From the NCBI RefSeq assembly GCF_009914755.1, contig NC_060926.1: a stretch of DNA of 64,000 nucleotides. One strand, given 5' to 3'. Of the stretch, positions 29,636-42,736 are shown piece by piece. This DNA is from the human T2T-CHM13v2.0 reference genome, Homo sapiens. The translations under genes were made by a program, and so were the position numbers. The notes beneath the pieces were generated by a model. That model saw nothing but the letters and a program-made list of their open reading frames with translations, did no database searches and had not been told where the DNA came from. The number at the start of each line of letters is the position of its first letter. Position 1 is the first letter of the stretch.

Positions 29636-29877
29636 ACGATCACGCTGTCTCTGCTCTGGACAGGCCAACTCTTGCTTGTTCCAGACATCACCCTCCCCAA
29701 GCATGAGCCTCTCTTGGGAAGAGCAGCTGGAAGCAGAGGGAGCTGGGAGACCAGACACAAACTCGGGGCTCAGCTTGGGGACGGGAGTTGATAGTCAGGT
29801 GCCTGGAACATAATGGAGACCGTCCATATTGGTTGAATGAGTGGATGAATGAATTAATGAATTTCTTTTCTCTTAAG

Positions 29878-29984
29878 TCCTGCAGCTCATTAAGTCACAG
29901 AAATTTCTGAATAAGTTGGTGATCTTGGTGGAAACAGAGAAGGAGAAGATCCTGCGGAAGGAATATGTTTTTGCTGACTCCAAA
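29878..29984 (+). CDS. INPP5D: INPP5D exon 10 (107 nt): ILQLIKSQKFLNKLVILVETEKEKILRKEYVFADSK
   Basis: cttaag|TC acceptor, AAA|gtaagt donor. Confidence 0.97.
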
Positions 29985-30332
29985 GTAAGTGACAGCAAAC
30001 TTCTAAAATGGGCTGTGAGGTAGGGAGGGGACACAAGCGTTTTGAGGCTCGCTGTGTGCCAGGGAGTGTATCATTAGCTCACTCAGTTCCCAGAACAACC
30101 CATTTCACACCTGGGAAAGGTGAACTTAGAGAAGTTGAGGATCATGTTCCAGGTTGGCCTGGATTTGAGCCATCACTGTCTCAGGAGTAGGGAGGCTTCC
30201 CACTTTGCCCAGCTGCCTCCCAGCCTCGAGGCCACATCCTTTATGACCCACATCTAACTCAGCCCCACACCTGGGGGAAAGGCTTTCAGCTTCTCTGGGC
30301 TGGACTTGGGAAATCTTTGGGACACTCCTGGA

Positions 30333-30636
30333 TTGATTGATTGATTGATTGACTGACTGACTTGAGACAGCGTCTCGCTTTACCATCTAGGCTAGTGCAG
30401 TGGCGTGATCACAGCTCACGGCAGCCTCCACCTCCTGGGCTCAAGGGATCCCCCCACCCACCTCAGCTGAGGTGAGACAAGTAGCTGAGACCACAGACAC
30501 ACACCACCAGCTAATTTTTTATATTTTGTAGAGACAGAGTCTCGCCGTGTTTCCCAGGCTGGTCTCGAACTCCTGGGCTCAGGCAATCTTCCCGCCTCTG
30601 TCACCCAAAGTGCTGGTATTATAGGTGTGAGCCACC
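30333..30636 (-). mobile_element. AluJ with (CAAT)n/(CAGT)n tail
   Basis: Reverse dimer; TSD-like cctggatt. Confidence 0.88.
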
Positions 30637-30925
30637 CCTGGATTTAAATCTGAGTCTCGACTGGAGCTCCATCCCAGAGACTTTCATTTCTACACTTTGC
30701 CCCACTCTGCAGAAGTGAGATGCCCCTGCCAGGATGGATTCCTGGGGTAAGAGGTGCTGTGGGCCACTGGGGAAACCCAGGCTGGGCCTCTGTGCCCCCA
30801 CAGTGGGTTCTTTGTGACCTGACCCCTCATCTCAGAAATTTGAACCAGGGCCAAAACCTATCATCGTGAACCTCATTCATTGTTCTCTGCCATGCAGCTC
30901 GTGTGAGGCAGTAAAAATGGATTGC

Positions 30926-31309
<384 letters not shown>

Positions 31310-32169
31310 TCACATCAGGTGCTGGCTGACATCTCACATCAGGGACCCCCAGCAAGGCCAAGGGACAAGCGCTTCTGGTGCAGGCCCACAGTGATAGCTT
31401 TCCACTGAGTGCCCAGTCTCCGCTCCTACTTTCACCTCCAAAGCATCAGGGGTGGGCTGGTGGGAGGTCTAAGGTGTCCAGAGCTGTCAGGAATAATAGG
31501 GAAGGGTCTGGGAGAAACAAGAGAATGGGGCCCAGACAGGTGGTGGGAGATGGAGAGAAAGACCGCTGGGCTGGAATGCTTTCTGAGCACCTGGGCATAG
31601 GTTCAAACACCAGCTCTGCCCCATTGCTGTGACCTCAAAAGGACTGAGGCACAGGGATAAATGGAGGCCATGAATCTTGAGCCACTCCCAACTCGAGGCA
31701 GGTTATAGTAAAGATGGTCATTATGACATCTTTGTGAGCTGGTGTCTTCAGGGAGGACTTACTGAGATTTGCAATTATAAGGTTGAATCATGTAAAATTT
31801 CTGTCTTTGCAGGTTGAAACAGTCAAACACTGGTCATGTCATATGTTACACCCTGAAATTTGTGTACTTTGTTAAAGTCCGCCTGCTCTATTGATTGCAT
31901 CCTAAGAGAGGGCCAACTGAGGCTGCTTGGTGCCCCACTGGGTACCCCAGAAAAATACGTGAAAAATATTGAGTAGGCTATGAAAGCCTTCATGTCCTCT
32001 CTTCTTTTTAATTAGTTTCTTTAATTTAAATGTTCTTTCATTACATAAGTAATCTATTCTCCTTGGTGAAGACGTGGCAAACACAAACAAGCAAATGTTT
32101 AAAATAAAAACACTCGTATACCATGAGTTAATCTGGGACTATGCCCCTTCCAGATGTTTTTTAATTTTC

Positions 32170-32506
32170 TCTTTCTTTCTTCCTTCCCTTATTTCTTTCT
32201 TTTTCTGTTTCTTTTCTTTTCTGAGACAGGGTCTTGTTCAGTTGCCCAGGCTGAAGTGCAGTGGCAAGATCATGGCTCACTGCAACCTCAACTTTCTGGC
32301 CTCAAGTAATCCTCCCACCTCAACCTCCTAAGTTGGGAGGGACTACAGGCATGCACCACCATGCCTGGCTAATTTTTTTATTTTTTGTAGAGGCAGGGTT
32401 CCCCTATGTTGCCCAGGCTGGTCTCAAACTCCTGGGCTCAAACAATCCTTCTGCCTCAGCCTCCCAAAGTCCTGGGATTACAGGCATGAGCCACTGTGCC
32501 AGGCCC
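32170..32506 (-). mobile_element. AluJ
   Basis: Reverse dimer with CT-rich tail. Confidence 0.9.
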
Positions 32507-32648
32507 AAATGTTTTATTAAAAATGCAATGATGCTATTCATATCATTTGTCAACTAGCTTTTCATGCTTAAAAATATATATTGTGGCCACCTGTCCTTGT
32601 TGGCAAGATAGTTCTGGATCACACTTGTTAAACACTGTGATATTCTAG

Positions 32649-33029
<381 letters not shown>

Positions 33030-33294
33030 TGAGGCCTGTGCTGCAGAGCCGTGACAGGGTTGGACTTCTGCGCAGCTCCTGATCACTTTGTTAAACTCGC
33101 ACCTTTGCAGGGGAATGTCTAGGCCAGAAGCCACTCGCTTATGACTTTGGACACATGCTTCCAGGTTGCTGTCCTGGAAGTTCACACTGATTTACGCTCC
33201 TCTCAGTTTTCTTGAAGCTGACCAAGTCCTTTGCAAAGTGTAATGTGCAGGGAGGCAGAGGCCTTTCTAAGTCTGTCTGCCCTTCCATCCCTAG

Positions 33295-33397
33295 AAGAGA
33301 GAAGGCTTCTGCCAGCTCCTGCAGCAGATGAAGAACAAGCACTCAGAGCAGCCGGAGCCCGACATGATCACCATCTTCATCGGCACCTGGAACATGG
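33295..33397 (+). CDS. INPP5D: INPP5D exon 11 (103 nt): KREGFCQLLQQMKNKHSEQPEPDMITIFIGTWNM (start of 5-phosphatase domain)
   Basis: ccctag|AAG acceptor, G|gtgggt donor; GTWNM motif. Confidence 0.97.
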
Positions 33398-33776
33398 GTG
33401 GGTCCGCGCGCCCCCTCCCTGCAGTCACCCCCTCTGCTTCTGCTTTCCTGACTCAGGCATCCTCAAGGTGGGGTGGAGTGACGACATCCATGTCCCCTTC
33501 CTTCCTGCCCCAGGGCCCTGCCCCTAAGCCCCAGCCCACCCGCACAACCTCCTTCCTGAGGAATTCCACCCTTTTCCTGAGATGATGGGTAAGAAAAACG
33601 AGCTTTGGGACTATCGTACCCCAAGAGCAGCTGGCGTGGGTTACTCTGTATGTCTAAATTGGAAAGTTTTAGGGAAAGAGTCTGAATATCTAGGTGAAGG
33701 GGCTCATGGGAACCCTGCCAGCCCTAGGCAGCTCACCAAGGGGCCCCAGGCCTGAGAGAAAGAAGTCCACCCTGAG

Positions 33777-34280
33777 TAGGGTTGCCAGATTTATCAGGAG
33801 AGAGACAGAGAGGTAGGTACGTAGACAAAGGATGCCCAGTTAAATTTTAACTTCATAGAAACAATTTTTTTTAGTATATGTTTAGCTACAAACAAATAAA
33901 TACTAAATATATATGCTCATAGACATTATGCTGAATATATAGTATATATACATATGCTAAATATATACAGTATATATACATATGCTAAATAAGTGTAATT
34001 ATTATATTAAATATGAATTATACTAAGTAATATTAGTTTAAGCATACAGCTAATAATATACTAAATATATGCTAAATATATTTTATATTAAACATATATA
34101 TTGTATATTTATATACTAAACACATGCACTCTACTAAATATAAATAATACTAAATAATTTTTTAGTGTAAGTGTTCAGGTAGAAATAGATTAGATCGAAG
34201 ACATCCAGATAAACTTATTCTAAAAACTACCAGTTTATCTGAAATTGGAATTTCACTGGGTGTCGTGTGTCCCCTACCCT
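33777..34280. mobile_element. MER53 (copy 3) expanded by an internal AT-rich low-complexity tract (~33875-34160)
   Basis: tagggttgccagattt...ggatgcccagttaaattttaac left arm; gtttatctgaaattggaatttcactgggtgtc right arm. Confidence 0.75.
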
Positions 34281-35299
34281 TGTCCTGAGAGGAGTCTGGG
34301 AGGAAGAGGGTGAGCAGTGGCTGGCAGGGGCCTCCTGGAAGTGAAGTGACAGCTTGTCACTCGTGTCCCAGGGCCACAGCAGCCGTGGAGTAGAGCCCGG
34401 GCCAGTGCCCCAGGGGGTCACTTGTCCCCTTCGGTCCCTTTCAGTGTTTCTAATAAGAGACAATAGTCTGCCTGATCTCCTCCCTCTGGACATGGTCAGG
34501 GATGTCCATGACACAAGGGCAGGGGTGCCCTTCCCACAGAAGAGTATGGAAGGAGCCAGCTGAGGCCATGCCGCAGGAGGGCCGGGGACCCACCAGCCCG
34601 GGGGTTCGGGCACCCACTTTGAGCCTCTTGGGGGAGCAGAATTTAGCCACAGTCCATTTACTCCAATGCTTGGCTTCTTTGCACTTGTAAGGCAAGAAGC
34701 TCATCTCTTTGAGGAACAAAGTTTGCTCATCCTTCAAGGGCATTGTAGGGAGAACCGTTCAAAATTTCTTGATTGAGCTTCTTCAACTCAGTTTTGAAAT
34801 GGGAATGCGGAGGAGTTTCCACACTCTCCCGTTTCTCTGGCTCACACCCAGGCATCCCTCCGCTCTGGGCTGGGATCTGTCTTGCAAGGGAGACTTTGTT
34901 GTCTCCCAACAATGGGTTAGAACCCGCCATCTAAAACTTGTCAGTTCCCTTGGCTGTCTTGAGAATAGGATGTGAGTTCCTTGAGGGACAGGACTGTGTC
35001 TCAATTATCGTAGCCTCAAAGTGCAGGACAGTGTCTGACATCAGGGAATCTTCTGGTGTTTCTATACCTTGAAACTTGACATTACGTTTAAAAAGAGGCT
35101 TAACTGAGCTCTAGCCCTAACCGACATCCTGGGTGAGGTTGGCGCCCAGGCCTCCATTGCAGGCATTTCTTTGGGCTGCCTGGATGGTCTTGTGTAATGA
35201 CGTGACCTCCCTCACACTCCCGCCCTCTGTTTTGAATTCTCCTAATGCTTTGACTCGATGTGCCTTTGACTCACTTGGTGTTGGGTTTTGCTGTTGAAG

Positions 35300-35496
35300 G
35301 TAACGCCCCCCCTCCCAAGAAGATCACGTCCTGGTTTCTCTCCAAGGGGCAGGGAAAGACGCGGGACGACTCTGCGGACTACATCCCCCATGACATTTAC
35401 GTGATCGGCACCCAAGAGGACCCCCTGAGTGAGAAGGAGTGGCTGGAGATCCTCAAACACTCCCTGCAAGAAATCACCAGTGTGACTTTTAAAACA
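35300..35496 (+). CDS. INPP5D: INPP5D exon 12 (197 nt): GNAPPPKKITSWFLSKGQGKTRDDSADYIPHDIYVIGTQE...VTFKT
   Basis: gttgaag|GT acceptor, ACA|gtgagc donor; DIYVIGTQE metal-binding motif. Confidence 0.97.
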
Positions 35497-35899
35497 GTGA
35501 GCAGCTGGCTGCACGCTGGGTGGGCTTCCGGGATAGAATCTTTGCTCGGCTGGGCTGTCTCAGAGGCAAGGGCGGGCTCAGCCTATCAGCTCTCAGTTTT
35601 CAAGGATGTCTGGAGGCCCCCACTGAGAGATGCGTCTGTATTCAGAAATAAATGGGATCTGTGGGGTATTGCTGAAAACCACTGAGTCCTCTATCTTCCC
35701 ACCCTTGGTCAGCCCCGGTTCTCATCTTTAGGATGTTTTGTCTCGCCTATCAAGCATCGCTGGGAGTCCCCCGAAGGGTTGGGATTACAGACAGGATACC
35801 CCATACCCAGGGGCTGCGGCTGGGGCTGGGTGTGAATCACTGTGCCCTGGTTCACACCCTACACTTGGGCCGAGTATTGCAACGTTGTCCTCCCACCAG

Positions 35900-36017
35900 G
35901 TCGCCATCCACACGCTCTGGAACATCCGCATCGTGGTGCTGGCCAAGCCTGAGCACGAGAACCGGATCAGCCACATCTGTACTGACAACGTGAAGACAGG
36001 CATTGCAAACACACTGG
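35900..36017 (+). CDS. INPP5D: INPP5D exon 13 (118 nt): VAIHTLWNIRIVVLAKPEHENRISHICTDNVKTGIANTL
   Basis: caccag|G acceptor, G|gtgagc donor. Confidence 0.97.
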
Positions 36018-36189
36018 GTGAGCAGGGCGGGGACCCTGTGTTCCTCCCACACCCTCTGCCTCAACTCTCGCGACCACATCATCCTGATCCCACCAGTAGT
36101 TCCCCGGGTTAAAAACAGAGAGCCTCACATCCTCAGATCCTGGCTCAGTCCTCAGCAAATAGGGGTGATTGGTCTCCCTGGCTGAAACT

Positions 36190-36570
36190 CACTCAGGGTC
36201 TACACCAGCAGTCCCAGGGATCTAGCTAAAATGCAGGTTCCGACCCAGTAGATCTTGGGTGGAGCTCAGGGTTCCAAGTTTCTGACAGGTTCCCAGGCGA
36301 CTTGAGCGCTGCTGGTCGGCCCGTGGGACCCATTTTAAGAAGCAAGAACCTAGAAGAGGCATTGGCCAACTTTTGCAGGAAAGGGAAGGGCCTGACAGTA
36401 AATATTTCAGGCTTTGCAGGCCACTCAACACTATTCCTCTCTGCCTTTCTGGTGGGAAAGCAGCCATAGGCAACCCAGAAAGCGAATGGGAGTGACTGTG
36501 TTACCAGTGAGACCTTCCTTACAAGCACAGGCGGGAGGTGGCTGGCCCCTGCCCTCGGTCCCTGTGCACC
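36190..36570. mobile_element. MER5A-like then MER58A-like hAT fossils
   Basis: aaaatgcaggttcc...ttcccaggcga; ttggccaacttt...gtaaatatttcaggctttgcaggcca...aagcagccatag. Confidence 0.7.
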
Positions 36571-36649
36571 AGGTTGGATCTGGAAACGCTGGTGTCAGTG
36601 GAGAGTTGCTGGCTTCAGAGAGCAGTAACAAGGGCAAGAAGTCTTCATA

Positions 36650-37475
36650 AGTGTAGGAGTGCAAGCCTGTGTGTTTGTGTAGGATGTGTGTGTGAGTAGG
36701 TCTGTGTATGTGAGTTTGTGTGAGTGACAGCGTGCATGTGAGTGTGTGAGCCTGTGTAGGTGTGTGAGAGTTTATGGATGTGTGTTTGTGAGCATGTTTA
36801 TGTGAGTCAATGTGTGAGCGTACCACCCCATATCTATGAGTGTGTGTCTATATGTGTGTGAATCTATGCATGTGTTTGAGTGTGTCTATGTGAGTCTATG
36901 TATGTGAGTCCGTGTATGAGTGTACCACCCATATCTATGTGTGTGAGTGTCTGTATGTGTGAGTCCATGCATGTGTGTTTGTGTGTGTTTATGTGAGTCT
37001 ACATATGTGAGTCCGTGTGTGAGTGTACCACCCCGTATCTATGAGTGTGTGTGTGTCCATGCATGTGTTTGTGAGTGTATTTATGTGAGTCTATGTATGT
37101 GAGTCCGTGTGTGTGTACCACTCCATATCTATGAGTGTGTGAGTGTCTATGTGTGTGTGTCCATGCATGTGTGTTTGTGAGTGTGTGTTTATGTGCATCT
37201 GTGTGTGAGTGTACCACCCCGTATCTATGAGTGTGTGAGAGTCCATGTATGTGTTTGTGAGTGTGTTTATGTGAGTCTATGTATGTGAGTCCATGTATGA
37301 GTGTACCACCCCATATCTATGAGTGTGTGAGTATCTGTGAGTCCATGTGTCTGTGTTTGTGAGTGTGTGTTTATGAGAGTCTAGGTATGTGAGGGTGGGT
37401 GTCCGAGTGCATGTGCATAAGTGCTAGAGCCTCTCTGTGTGTTTGTGTGTGTGTGTGTGTGCCCGTGTGTGCACG
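36650..37475. repeat. TG-rich tandem array with six ~90-103-nt units
   Basis: Anchor taccac(c/t)cc..tatctatg at 36821, 36923, 37026, 37116, 37212, 37304. Confidence 0.95.
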
Positions 37476-38268
37476 TGGGGTGGTATACACACAGGGCTCC
37501 AGGGCTGGCATCAGGGGCGAGGCCAGTGGTTTTTGGTGGTTGGAGTCAGTGGAGTCAGGAACAGGACAGAGTCCCAGAGATAACAGGAAATAGAAGAATT
37601 GCTGCAATCGAACGTGCAAAGCTCTCTCAACTTTTCTGCTGACAAACCGCAAACTGCCCGCGTCCACCCCCACTCGTCCCCCTTCCTTCCTGCCACAGTA
37701 GAAGGGTGGGGCTGGCGTGGCTATCCTGGCTGCGCCCACGCCCTCCTGCTGCCCAGCAACCACCCCGGGTGTGGATTCCATCGCTCCCTGGGCTTCCAGT
37801 CCCTCCCACCAGCCCCTGCCCCGCTGTGCAGAATATGCTCGGACCTCCTAGGGCCACATAAAACCACCCCCTCAGCCAGACCAGTTCCTGGTCATCCTGG
37901 CCTCAGGGCTGGGCACTGGGTCAGCTTCTGAGCAGGCAGGAGCTCTGCTCATGTGGACCTGACACACATTGCATGAGCAGACGGGAGGAAAAGAAGCCAG
38001 TTCCTGGGAGGGAGTGCACTGGCGAAGGAGTGTGTGGCGTGGGCAGAGAGCAGAGGTCAGGGGCCTCCCTGAGAAGGGCAGTGCGACTGGCATCTGAGGG
38101 GTGAGGAGAAAGGCCTGGCCAGAGTCCCAGCTTTATGACCATTGCAGGGCAGCTTCTGGGCTGTGCAGCTCACACACACCTTCCCCTCCTTCCCCTCCTT
38201 CCCCTCCTTTCTGCCCTGGGGCCAGCCTCCCTCCTCCACTCCCCTGAAATGGCTCCCAGCCATAATTA

Positions 38269-38592
<324 letters not shown>

Positions 38593-38681
38593 TTAGAACA
38601 ACCAAGGCCTTTCTAAGAGTGTGCCCTAAGCAAGGATGTGTGCTGAATGCTTTGAATCATCTCATTTGATATAAACACCCT

Positions 38682-38972
38682 GCTAGGCACGATGGCTCAT
38701 GCCTATAATCCCACACTTTGGGAGGCCAAGGTGGGAGGACCTCCTGAGACCGGGAGTTTGAGACCAGCCTGGGCAACATAGGAAGGTACCATTTCTACAA
38801 AAAAAAAAAAAAAAAAATGGCATAGTAGTGCATGCCTGTGGGCCCAGCTACTCAGGAGGCTGAGGTGGGAGGATCACTTAAATCTGGGAGGTCAAGGCTA
38901 CAGAAAGCCATGATTTTGCCACTGCACTCCAGCCTGGGCGACACAGACTTTGTCTCAAATTAGAAAAAAAAA
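38682..38972 (+). mobile_element. AluJ
   Basis: Dimer with gggaggatcactt...ggtcaaggct AluJ diagnostics. Confidence 0.88.
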
Positions 38973-39125
38973 TACAAACACTCGGGCAGGGACTCTTATT
39001 ATTCCCATTTGCAGATGAAGAAACAGAGTCTATGGAGATGATCCATAACTTGCCCAAGGCCCCGGGATAAGAATGTGGTGGGCAGGGATTGAAACCAGGC
39101 TGTCGGGACTGGAACCAGTTGCTCA

Positions 39126-39683
<558 letters not shown>

Positions 39684-39699
39684 TTACAATTTGATTTAT

Positions 39700-40460
39700 T
39701 ACAATCAATAGATCAAATTTTCTAGTAGCCACATTAAAAAGAAAACAAGTGAAATTAATTTCAATAATAGATTTTATTGAATTTCATACATCCAAAATAC
39801 AATTATTTCAATAGATATTTAATGTAAAAGGTTATTAGATATTTTACAGTCTGTGTTTCTTACCAAGGCCACAATTCCAATGTGTATTTTACACTCACAA
39901 CCTGTCTCATTTTGTACCAGCCACATTTCAGGTGTTTGATAGTCACATGTGGCCTGTGCCTGTATTGGACAGAGCAGGTTCTCACCTGCATGTGTCAGAA
40001 TCACCTAGAGCAGGGGTTAACAAGCGTTTTCCATAGAAGGCCAGATGGTGAATATTCTAGGCTCTTTGGGCCACACAACTGTCACAATGCTTCAGCTCTG
40101 CCATCGTAGTCTGAAAGCAGCTACAGACAATCCAGAAGTCAATAGGCATGGCTGTGTTCCAATAACGTGTTCTTTACGACCACTGAAATTTGAATTTCGT
40201 ATTTTCATGAATGACAAAAGATTGTTTTTCTTTTGATTTGTTTCCAACCATTTACAAATGTAAAACCATTTGTAGCTGGCAGTGAGCCAGCATTTGCCCA
40301 CCCCTGACACTGGAGGGCTTGTCAAACACAGATTACTGGGCCCCATCCCAGGATTTCAGATTCAGTAGGTCTGGGGTGGGGCTGAGAATCTGCCCTTCCA
40401 TGAAGTTCCCAGGTGATGTGCAGCTGCTGGTCCAGGGAACTCCCTTTGGGAACCACTGAC
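39700..40460. mobile_element. hAT cluster: MER33/MER3-like (~39700-39977), then MER5A split by MER58B-like (~40011-40306)
   Basis: tagtagccacattaaaaa...tattggacagagcag; cagaatcacct|caggggttaacaa...ttgcccacccctg|...cagattactgggcccc...ttgggaaccactg. Confidence 0.7.
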
Positions 40461-40890
40461 CTAGAATAGATCAGAACGTTGGCAGAAAAAGGTATGATCT
40501 CAGTGTGGGTTTTTGGTCTCCCCAGGAAACTTGAGTTCACTGGGAGGGAGATCAGCCCACCCAGGCTGGAACCTTCTGAATCTTCCCAGGGCTTCTGGCT
40601 GCCCGCTTAGCACCCTGGTCACTTTAGAGAGAGATGCCGGGGGAGGATCGCAGCAGCCACCTTCCTCTGCCCCGCCGAGAAGGCTGAGGCTGCCGCCATC
40701 TGCACTGCTCCTGCATTTTCTCATCTCCCGCTCTCTGCCCAGCGGCTCCCACCCTGCACGACCCTGTTTCGCCCATCCCTTGCCAGCTCCTCACTCACTG
40801 CCCCTCTCACCCTGCCTTCGGGTGATTTCTGGCCCCTTGGCAAGTGTGTCTGTTTGATATTTTGATTCTTCTTTCTGCTCTTCTTTTTAG

Positions 40891-40987
40891 GGAACAAGGG
40901 AGCCGTGGGGGTGTCGTTCATGTTCAATGGAACCTCCTTAGGGTTCGTCAACAGCCACTTGACTTCAGGAAGTGAAAAGAAACTCAG
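40891..40987 (+). CDS. INPP5D: INPP5D exon 14 (97 nt): GNKGAVGVSFMFNGTSLGFVNSHLTSGSEKKLR
   Basis: ttttag|GG acceptor, AG|gtaatg donor; GNKGAV and NSHL 5-phosphatase motifs. Confidence 0.97.
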
Positions 40988-41610
40988 GTAATGGAATCCT
41001 TCCCCCCAAGAGTGTGCATTTGGGCTGTCTGCCCAGACACGCCTCACACCTTTAAGCACCAGAAGGACCTGCTCAGCTCCTGCCTTTGACCTTGTGGATG
41101 TCCTGTGGCCTTTCAGGGCCCACCACAGTCTCATCAAAGGCAACTGCAGCACCATAGTGACCTCACGTGTGGAGGAATTTTGTCTGAAGGTCAGAAAAGA
41201 TATTTCCTTGTGTCATTAGCCTGATGGACCGCTAACTAGCACTGTTTCTAAAGCAGAAAGCCTCCTCTGGGGCCTCCTTACAAATCCAAGCTGATCTTGC
41301 CTAGCTGGGGCCCAGGAATGAAGACAGCCATCTAGAATCTTCACTGTTCTGATTCTCTGCTGAGCAGATGCTGCTGCTCCTGGTCCCCTGCCCTCTGTAC
41401 ACCCAATGTGGCCTCAAATGCCCTTTGCATCCTGGCTGTGCCATATTTGCACACTAAGGAGTTCTGCTGCAGCAGGGCTGGAGGGCTAAGTCTCACTTCC
41501 CCCCACCTGCTATGCTCCTCACCCCACACCTATGGCAGGAGTGACTTCCTGCCACAGTGGAGGGGGAACCAGTGACCCCGTGCTAGATGGCCGCTTTTTC
41601 CTTGCATTAG

Positions 41611-41749
41611 GCGAAACCAAAACTATATGAACATTCTCCGGTTCCTGGCCCTGGGCGACAAGAAGCTGAGTCCCTTTAACATCACTCACCGCTTCACGCA
41701 CCTCTTCTGGTTTGGGGATCTTAACTACCGTGTGGATCTGCCTACCTGG
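41611..41749 (+). CDS. INPP5D: INPP5D exon 15 (139 nt): RNQNYMNILRFLALGDKKLSPFNITHRFTHLFWFGDLNYRVDLPTW
   Basis: cattag|G acceptor, TGG|gtaagg donor; catalytic signature WFGDLNYR. Confidence 0.98.
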
Positions 41750-42080
41750 GTAAGGGCTGCCCGCCTGGGGCTGGGGCTGGGGCTGTATGAGATGGAGGCT
41801 CCCTTGAGTCAGCTTGGGGCAGGTGGTCGTGGAGACATGTGAATCAAGTGGGCTGAGGCGGCTGCTCCCCTTGGGGGCTCAACGCTGTTTCCATTACTGA
41901 GCCTCAGCCGCTCCTCACGGTTCCCCTGTGCTCACACCCGGTTCCCATAACTGTCACAGCCACCCTGCCACCATCACTCTGCAGCCCGGGTCATCCAGCT
42001 GCCCGCCCCCAGCCCCGAAGCTTGTCAGGCCTGGATCAGCAGGGCTTCTCACCAGAGGCCCGGGCATGTTCTTGTTCCAG

Positions 42081-42189
42081 GAGGCAGAAACCATCATCCA
42101 GAAAATCAAGCAGCAGCAGTACGCAGACCTCCTGTCCCACGACCAGCTGCTCACAGAGAGGAGGGAGCAGAAGGTCTTCCTACACTTCG
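42081..42189 (+). CDS. INPP5D: INPP5D exon 16 (109 nt): EAETIIQKIKQQQYADLLSHDQLLTERREQKVFLHF
   Basis: ttccag|G acceptor, G|gtaaga donor. Confidence 0.97.
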
Positions 42190-42206
42190 GTAAGAGCAGC
42201 AACCCC

Positions 42207-42615
<409 letters not shown>

Positions 42616-42647
42616 TCAGAATTAAAACGAAAGTCTCTCTGTTTCAG

Positions 42648-42736
42648 AGGAGGAAGAAATCACGTTTGCCCCAACCTACCGTTTTGAGAGACTGACTCGG
42701 GACAAATACGCCTACACCAAGCAGAAAGCGACAGGG
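42648..42736 (+). CDS. INPP5D: INPP5D exon 17 (89 nt): EEEEITFAPTYRFERLTRDKYAYTKQKATG
   Basis: tttcag|AG acceptor, GGG|gtgagt donor; FAPTYR motif. Confidence 0.97.

Noticed and set aside
36650-37475. Regularly spaced conserved anchor with variable intervals, superficially CRISPR-like
   Set aside because: The intervals are homologous TG-rich sequence rather than unique spacers; eukaryotic minisatellite with no cas genes
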